Assembly: GCA_045587745.1 (NCBI GenBank) | Contig: JAZNCU010000029.1 | Span: forward strand, 2,902-66,901 | Direction of reading: 5' to 3' | Length of the DNA stretch: 64,000 bases | Source: Eubacteriales bacterium | Lineage (GTDB): Bacteria; Bacillota; Clostridia; Oscillospirales; CAG-382 | Part shown: positions 19,523-25,042 of the stretch, piece after piece | Layout of the letters: the number at the start of each line of letters is the position of its first letter | Position numbering within the stretch: position 1 is the first letter of the stretch | The notes under the pieces: generated by a model | What the model was told of the DNA's origin: nothing | The model's database searches: none | What the model saw: the letters and a program-made list of their open reading frames with translations, nothing else | Made by a program: the position numbers and the translations under genes

Positions 19523-20611
19523 ATGGCAGAAAAACTCAGAATCGGTATCATCGGATGCGGCGGCATCGCAGAAGGAAAGCATCTTCCCGCACTTAAAGCG
19601 TGTGAGGATGTTGAAATGGTCGCATTTTGCGATATCATCGTTGAGCGTGCCGAAAAGGCAAAAAAGAACTACGGCACTCCCGATGCACTCGTTTGCACCG
19701 ACTACAAGGAGCTTCTTGCAGACAAGAGCATCGACGTAGTTCACGTGCTTACCCCCAACCGCTCTCACAGCTTTATTACCGTTGATGCGCTCGAGGCAGG
19801 CAAGCACGTTATGTGCGAGAAGCCTATGGCAATCAACGCCGCTGAGGCAAAGAAGATGGTGGATGCCGCAAAACGCACCGGCAAAAAGCTCACCATCGGT
19901 TATCAGAACCGCCATCGCCCCGATTCTCTCTATATAAAGCAGGAGGCTGAGGCAGGCACATTTGGCGACATCTACTACGCTGAGGCTATTGCTATCCGTC
20001 GCAGAGCCGTTCCCACCTGGGGAGTATTCACCAACGAGTACGAGCAGGGCGGCGGTCCTCTTATCGATATCGGAACTCACGCCCTTGATCTCACTATGTG
20101 GTGTATGGACAACTATAAGCCCAAATACTGCGTTGGAACTACCTATAAAAAGCTTGCTGACAAATTCCCCACCGGTAATGCTTGGGGCGATTGGAAAAAA
20201 GGCGAGCTCACCGTTGAGGACAGCGCATTCGGCTTTATCGTAATGGAAAACGGCGCTACCATCTACCTCAAATCAAGCTGGGCGCTTAATATGCTCGATC
20301 CTATCGAGGCTGTTACCACCCTCTGCGGCAGTGACGGCGGCGCGGATATGCTTGACGGCGTCCGCATAAACGGAATCCGCCACGGCAGACAGTACGTGCT
20401 TCGTCCCGATCTCAATGCAGGCGGCGTGGCATTCTATGACGGTGCGGGAAGCGAGTCTCCCCACGTCCGTGAGGCAAAGCTCTGGATCAAGTCGATCCGT
20501 GAGGACACCGAGCCCTTCGTTACTCCCGAGCAGGCGTATGCGGTAAGCTGCATTCTCGAGGGTATTTATCAGTCGGCCAAATCGGGTGAGCCCTACTACT
20601 TTAACAAATAA
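19523..20611 (+). CDS. Gfo/Idh/MocA family NAD(P)-dependent oxidoreductase
   Basis: 362 aa with the Rossmann start LRIGIIGCGGIAEGKHLPAL and the EKP motif (HVMCEKPMA). A GGAGG RBS precedes it. Confidence 0.88.
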   Translation: MAEKLRIGIIGCGGIAEGKHLPALKACEDVEMVAFCDIIVERAEKAKKNYGTPDALVCTDYKELLADKSIDVVHVLTPNRSHSFITVDALEAGKHVMCEKPMAINAAEAKKMVDAAKRTGKKLTIGYQNRHRPDSLYIKQEAEAGTFGDIYYAEAIAIRRRAVPTWGVFTNEYEQGGGPLIDIGTHALDLTMWCMDNYKPKYCVGTTYKKLADKFPTGNAWGDWKKGELTVEDSAFGFIVMENGATIYLKSSWALNMLDPIEAVTTLCGSDGGADMLDGVRINGIRHGRQYVLRPDLNAGGVAFYDGAGSESPHVREAKLWIKSIREDTEPFVTPEQAYAVSCILEGIYQSAKSGEPYYFNK

Positions 20612-20620
20612 GGTGATTGT

Positions 20621-21589
20621 ATGAAGCTTGGAGTTATTACCGTTTTACTTGGCAACAAGCCCTTTGACGAGGCTCTCGGCTACCTTGCATCCCTCGGTAT
20701 TGAGGAGCTTGAGGTAGGCTGCGGCGGCTATCCCGGAAAAGCTCATTGCGATCCTGCCGTTCTTTTGAACGATGAGAACGCTCTTAACGAGTTCAAGGCT
20801 GCCGTAGATCGCCACGGCCTCAAAATCAACGCATTCGGATGCCACGGCAACCCTGTGCATCCCAACAAGGAAATTGCCCAAAAGTACCGTGACGATTGGC
20901 ACGGAGCAGTCCTCCTTGCCGAAAAGCTGGGTGTAAAAAAGCTCATCGGATTCTCGGGCTGTCCCGGTGATTGCGATGAGTCCAAGTACCCCAACTGGGT
21001 TACCTGCCCTTGGCCGGAGGATTACCTTGCCGTTCTTGACTATCAGTGGAAGATTCTCGTTGACTATTGGAAGGAGGAGGTGGGCTTCTGCCGCGCACAC
21101 GGTATTGAAAAGATCGCCTTCGAGATGCACCCCGGCTTTTGCGTATACAACCCTGCAACGCTTCTCCGCCTTCGATCCGAGGTAGGGGATGATATGATCG
21201 GTGCAAATTTTGATCCCTCCCACCTTATCTGGCAGGGAATCGATCCTGTTGCCGCAATCCGTGCGCTCGGTAGTGCAATCTACCACGTACACGCAAAGGA
21301 TACAAAAATCGACAAATACAATACCGCAGTCAACGGCGTTCTCGATACCAAGCACTACGGCGATGAGATAAACCGTTCCTGGATATTCCGCTCGGTAGGC
21401 TACGGCAACGATATGCAGTATTGGCGTGATATGATCAGCAACCTGCGTCTTGTCAGCTATGACGATATTCTCTCTATCGAGCACGAGGATTCGCTTATGA
21501 CGAGCTGTGAGGGTCTCGAAAAGGCTGTCGACTTCCTCAAGGACGTTATCATCCGTGAGCCCTCACCCAAGGAAATGTTCTGGGCGTAA
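20621..21589 (+). CDS. xylose-isomerase-like TIM-barrel protein (sugar phosphate isomerase/epimerase family)
   Basis: 322 aa with FEMHPG, FDPSHL, HVHAKD and SIEHED ligand-like motifs. This type is commonly paired with Gfo/Idh/MocA genes. Confidence 0.78.
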   Translation: MKLGVITVLLGNKPFDEALGYLASLGIEELEVGCGGYPGKAHCDPAVLLNDENALNEFKAAVDRHGLKINAFGCHGNPVHPNKEIAQKYRDDWHGAVLLAEKLGVKKLIGFSGCPGDCDESKYPNWVTCPWPEDYLAVLDYQWKILVDYWKEEVGFCRAHGIEKIAFEMHPGFCVYNPATLLRLRSEVGDDMIGANFDPSHLIWQGIDPVAAIRALGSAIYHVHAKDTKIDKYNTAVNGVLDTKHYGDEINRSWIFRSVGYGNDMQYWRDMISNLRLVSYDDILSIEHEDSLMTSCEGLEKAVDFLKDVIIREPSPKEMFWA

Positions 21590-21600
21590 ACGAATAATCA

Positions 21601-21633
21601 AAAATCCACTCTTTATCCCAAAGAGTGGATTTT
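21601..21633 (+). terminator. Rho-independent terminator of the sugar operon
   Basis: A 14-bp stem, AAAATCCACTCTTT / AAAGAGTGGATTTT, with loop ATCCC, followed by TATTATTT. Confidence 0.8.
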
Positions 21634-21646
21634 ATTATTTGCAGTT

Positions 21647-21796
21647 ATATTATTGCCTTGCGGCAATAGTTATTTTAACTTGCAAAGCAAATACCACTCG
21701 GCGTTAGCCGAATACCACTGCGAAGCAATATCACTCGCTGAATTACATTCAGCGAAAAAAACTGCGAGGCTCCCCAAAGGTTACTTCTCATAAGGA
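21647..21796. repeat. hairpin-array repeat, copy A (about 150 bp)
   Basis: Successive short palindromes are separated by ATAYCAC(T)-like linkers: ATTGCC/GGCAAT, TTGC/GCAA, TCGGC/GCCGA, TGC/GCA and TCGCTGAAT/ATTCAGCGA. The array is collinear with 22846-23038. Confidence 0.8.
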
Positions 21797-21800
21797 TGTT

Positions 21801-21833
21801 AAAAACCGACAGGATTTCGTTCTGTCGGTTTTT
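21801..21833 (-). terminator. Rho-independent terminator downstream of the AT-rich HIT gene (symmetric)
   Basis: Stem AAAAACCGACAG / CTGTCGGTTTTT with a 9-nt loop. T-runs are present on both strands. It lies 23 nt past the HIT gene stop. Confidence 0.75.
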
Positions 21834-21855
21834 GTTTTACGGATTGAAATAAATA

Positions 21856-22314
21856 TTACAATAGTTTTTCCAATTCTTTCAATAATTTTGTTTTCATCTC
21901 GTTTAATTCTTCCGTAGAAGGCCGATTATCCGAACTATACATCTTATCTATCGGATACCACCACACAGGACCTTGACCATTATTTCCGTAGTGTTCCAAG
22001 TCTCCTTTTACTCTCGGAAACAAGTGCCAGTGCAGATGTGTATCTCCGTTTCCTAATAGTTCATAATTCATTTTCTCTGCCCCAAACGCTTTCGCAACAG
22101 CTTCAGCAACGATAGACATTTCTTCCATGAACTTGATTTTTATACTACGTTTTAATTGAAATAGTTCCGTTATATGTTCTTTGCACAAAAATAGAGTGTA
22201 ACCCTTAAAATGTTGATTGTCTCCGATGACTACGTAACCTGTTACTAATTCTTTAACAAACCAAGGATTGGTATTTTCCTCGATCATTTTTATTCTATCG
22301 CATATTAAGCACAT
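21856..22314 (-). CDS. HIT (histidine triad) family protein, AT-rich paralog
   Basis: 152 aa with an N-terminal C-x-x-C (MCLICDRI) and the histidine triad THLHWHLFPR. The gene is markedly more AT-rich than its flanks. Confidence 0.8.
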   Translation of the reverse strand: MCLICDRIKMIEENTNPWFVKELVTGYVVIGDNQHFKGYTLFLCKEHITELFQLKRSIKIKFMEEMSIVAEAVAKAFGAEKMNYELLGNGDTHLHWHLFPRVKGDLEHYGNNGQGPVWWYPIDKMYSSDNRPSTEELNEMKTKLLKELEKLL

Positions 22315-22421
22315 AGATAACTCACCGCCGTAAACATTTACTAAATAAACATACTAAGACACAAGAAGAACCAGCATCGCAATTGTATGTACAAATGCAC
22401 TATTGGGATAACCCCAACCCA

Positions 22422-22772
22422 TTATTTAGATTTTATGGTTTTTAATGAAGAAATTAATATTCTGCGAATTGCGCCGGGATCGTTCTGCAATGTTTTATAT
22501 TCTTCTTCATTCATACAATCTGTTTCAAAAAGAATCTCTAACCAATATTCTGTTTCGTAACATTCTTTTTGGGCTATTTCAAGCTTTGAAATAAAATCGT
22601 TAGTACTTTGGGCATATTGCGCTTCGTGTAGATTTGCGCCAATGGAAGTAGCAGAACGAAGTAATTGGTTTATCAAAACCGATTCTTTGTGCTTTGATTT
22701 CATATCACGGCAAAGAAAAACAACCGCCTTAGCAAATTCTTTTGCCTTTTCTCTTAAAATACTATCCGCCAT
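22422..22772 (-). CDS. four-helix-bundle protein (23S rRNA intervening-sequence protein / PF05635-like)
   Basis: It shows the signature LLRSATSIGANLHEAQ plus F..KL.IA.KE..ET.YWL. The likely start is ATG 22772 (MADSILREKAKEF, 116 aa). The track ORF extends to 22820. Confidence 0.75.
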   Translation of the reverse strand: MADSILREKAKEFAKAVVFLCRDMKSKHKESVLINQLLRSATSIGANLHEAQYAQSTNDFISKLEIAQKECYETEYWLEILFETDCMNEEEYKTLQNDPGAIRRILISSLKTIKSK

Positions 22773-22845
22773 TCTTATCACTTCAAAATTCACTATACAC
22801 AGAAGAATAATGCTTTTCAAGTTTTATTACGACTTCGTCGGTGTG

Positions 22846-23038
22846 ATATTATTGCAAAAAGCAATAGTGTTATTGAAACCTTGCGGTTTCAGTGTTATTT
22901 TATTCGCCAAACTCGGCGTAGCCGAATATCACGATGCGCAGCGTCATATCACTGCGAAGCAATATAACTCGCCAAATATATTTGGCGAATAAAACTGCGA
23001 GACTTCCTTATGAGAAGTCACGCAAAGGAAGCCTCGCC
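22846..23038. repeat. hairpin-array repeat, copy B (about 193 bp)
   Basis: It has the same module order as copy A, including ATATTATTGC..GCAATAGT, ACTCGGCG(T)TAGCCGAATA, ATAYCACTGCGAAGCAATAT and AAAACTGCGAG. Two extra hairpin modules are present. Its last nested hairpin abuts the tsf stop. Confidence 0.8.
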
Positions 23039-23046
23039 TAAAATTA

Positions 23047-23967
23047 TCAGCCGTTAACGAGCTTGTCGATTTCTGCTGCGAAATCGTCTTCTCTCTTCTC
23101 AATGCCTTCGCCGCGCTCGTACTTGATGAACTTAACGATCTTAATGCTGCCGCCAAGCTCTTTAGCAACGGATGCGGTGTAGGAACCAACGGTCATATCC
23201 TCGTCCTTAACGTAAGCCTGCTCGGTGAGACAGTTGTTATCGTAGAACTTGCTGATTCTGCCGGTAACCATCTTCTCTTTAACTGCGTCGGGCTTGCTTG
23301 CGAGCTTGGGATCGTTGGAAATCTGAGTGAGGAGGATCTCCTTCTCGCTCTCAACAACGCTTGCGGGAACCGAAGCGATGTCAACGTAGCCGGGGTTCAT
23401 AGCAGCGATCTGCATACAAACGTTCTTTGCATACTCGTTGAAAGCATCCTTGTCGCCGCAATCGGTATCAAATACGGTAACAACGCCTGCGCTTCCGCCG
23501 CCGTGAATGTAGGTGCCTACAACGCCGTCAAGAATATCAAAACGACGGATGCTCATGTTCTCACCGATGGTGAAGATCATGTTCTTGAGCTCAGCCTCAA
23601 CGGTAACGTCGGTTCCGTCGAAGTTAAGAGCGTTAAGAGCAGCAAGATCAGCAGGCTTGTTGGCAACGATAGTTCTGAGAATGCCCTTTACAAAGTCCTT
23701 GAATGCCTGGTTCTTTGCAACGAAGTCGGTCTCAGCGTTAACCTCGATAATAGCGGTGCAGCCGTTATCGGAAAGAATATCTACAATACCCTCTGCAGCG
23801 ATTCTGTCAGCTTTTTTAGCTGCAACGGAAAGTCCCTTTTCACGGAGATATTTGATAGCCTCGTCAAAATTGCCGTCCGACTCAACAAGTGCCTTTTTGC
23901 ACTCCATCATGCCGCAACCGGTCTTCTTACGGAGCTCCATTACGTCTTTTGCGGAAATGTTAGCCAT
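23047..23967 (-). CDS. tsf: translation elongation factor Ts
   Basis: The N-terminus is a UBA-like domain, MANISAKDVMELRKKTGCGMMECKKAL.ES.GN.DEAI..LREKG. The preferred start is ATG 23967 (GGAGG 8 nt upstream). Confidence 0.95.
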   Translation of the reverse strand: MANISAKDVMELRKKTGCGMMECKKALVESDGNFDEAIKYLREKGLSVAAKKADRIAAEGIVDILSDNGCTAIIEVNAETDFVAKNQAFKDFVKGILRTIVANKPADLAALNALNFDGTDVTVEAELKNMIFTIGENMSIRRFDILDGVVGTYIHGGGSAGVVTVFDTDCGDKDAFNEYAKNVCMQIAAMNPGYVDIASVPASVVESEKEILLTQISNDPKLASKPDAVKEKMVTGRISKFYDNNCLTEQAYVKDEDMTVGSYTASVAKELGGSIKIVKFIKYERGEGIEKREDDFAAEIDKLVNG

Positions 23968-23992
23968 TTTATACTCCTCCAAAAATCAATAA

Positions 23993-24730
23993 TTACTCAG
24001 CGCTGCCTTCGATAATATCGTCAGCATCGGCAGAATCGGTAAGCTGCTCGCCCTGCTTGCCCTCAAGGATAGCATCGGACATAACGGATGCGATAAGCTT
24101 GATAGCACGGATAGCGTCGTCATTACCGGGGATAACGTAGTCGACCTCGTCGGGATCGCAGTTGGTATCAACGATAGCTACGATGGGAATACCGAGCTTT
24201 TTAGCCTCGTCAACAGCGTTCTTTTCCTTTTTGGGGTCAACGATGAAGATAGCGGAGGGAAGACCCTTCATGTCCTTGATACCGCCAAGGATCTTTTCAA
24301 GGTCAGCCATCTCCTTCTGGAGGGAAGCAACCTCTTTTTTGGGAAGAAGGTCAAAGGTGCCGTCTTCAGCCATTTTGTTGAGGTTGTGGAGCTTCTGGAT
24401 AGACTTTTTGATGGTTTTGTAGTTGGTGAGCATGCCGCCGAGCCAACGTACGTTTACGTAGTACATCTCGCTTCTCAGAGCCTCTTCCTTGATAGCGTCC
24501 TGAGCCTGCTTTTTGGTGCCTACAAAGAGGATGTTGCCGCCCTCAGCCGCGATGTCACGGATGAAGAGGTAAGCTTCCTCGATTTTTTTAACGGTCTTCT
24601 GCAAGTCGATGATGTAGATACCGTTTCTCTCGGTGAAGATGTACTCAGCCATCTTCGGGTTCCATCTTCTCGTCTGGTGACCAAAGTGTACACCTGCTTC
24701 GAGAAGCTGCTTCATGGATACAACAGACAT
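23993..24730 (-). CDS. rpsB: 30S ribosomal protein S2
   Basis: 245 aa with [22 protein letters not shown] and a GGMLTN motif. Confidence 0.97.
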   Translation of the reverse strand: MSVVSMKQLLEAGVHFGHQTRRWNPKMAEYIFTERNGIYIIDLQKTVKKIEEAYLFIRDIAAEGGNILFVGTKKQAQDAIKEEALRSEMYYVNVRWLGGMLTNYKTIKKSIQKLHNLNKMAEDGTFDLLPKKEVASLQKEMADLEKILGGIKDMKGLPSAIFIVDPKKEKNAVDEAKKLGIPIVAIVDTNCDPDEVDYVIPGNDDAIRAIKLIASVMSDAILEGKQGEQLTDSADADDIIEGSAE

Positions 24731-24853
24731 AATTTCTCCTTCGGGTTAGACCCGCCACCGCCTTTTGGATTTACCGTGCCAAATCGGTTAAATACCGCAC
24801 CCGGGCAACGGCATAAACGGTGTGTGTATTTTGCCTTACGCAAAAGCTTAGTT

Positions 24854-24882
24854 ATTTTATCATAACTCAGCCTAAAAGTCAA
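24854..24882 (-). promoter_or_regulatory. sigma-A type promoter for rpsB-tsf
   Basis: On the minus strand: TTGACT (24882-24877), a 17-nt spacer, then the extended -10 TGaTAAAAT (-10 hexamer at 24859-24854). This leaves a leader of about 115 nt. Confidence 0.55.
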
Positions 24883-24956
24883 CTGATTTTTTGCGTTTTT
24901 TCCTACAATTCAAAGGTTTTTTATCAATATTATTCTGTGATTTGTTCCAAATGATG

Positions 24957-24994
24957 AAAAACGCCCCGCTTGCTATGTGCAAGCAGGACGTTTT
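24957..24994 (-). terminator. Rho-independent terminator of the beta-propeller gene
   Basis: A 16-bp stem. Its two mismatches on the plus strand become G-U wobbles in the minus-strand RNA, and it is followed there by UUUUU. Confidence 0.7.
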
Positions 24995-25042
24995 GAGGGA
25001 GAGAGATTTACTGTATAATTGAGCTATGCTCGGTAATGCGGT

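Noticed and set aside
19139-20080. 313-aa minus-strand ORF opposite the small ORF and the Gfo/Idh/MocA gene
   Set aside because: The oxidoreductase has an unambiguous Rossmann/EKP signature on the plus strand, so the antisense frame is a codon-usage by-product.
20645-21484. 279-aa minus-strand ORF opposite the second TIM-barrel gene, and similar antisense ORFs at 10279-11181, 36519-37526, 50687-51424, 55148-55843 and 4205-4945
   Set aside because: All lie opposite genes with strong family motifs. They are rejected as antisense artefacts.
21647-23038. Possibility that the hairpin arrays are a CRISPR array or degenerate tRNA genes
   Set aside because: The units are only about 17-27 bp, with no constant repeat of 23 bp or more alternating with unique spacers, and no cas genes are present. 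No cloverleaf, anticodon arm or T-loop GTTCRA motif could be drawn.
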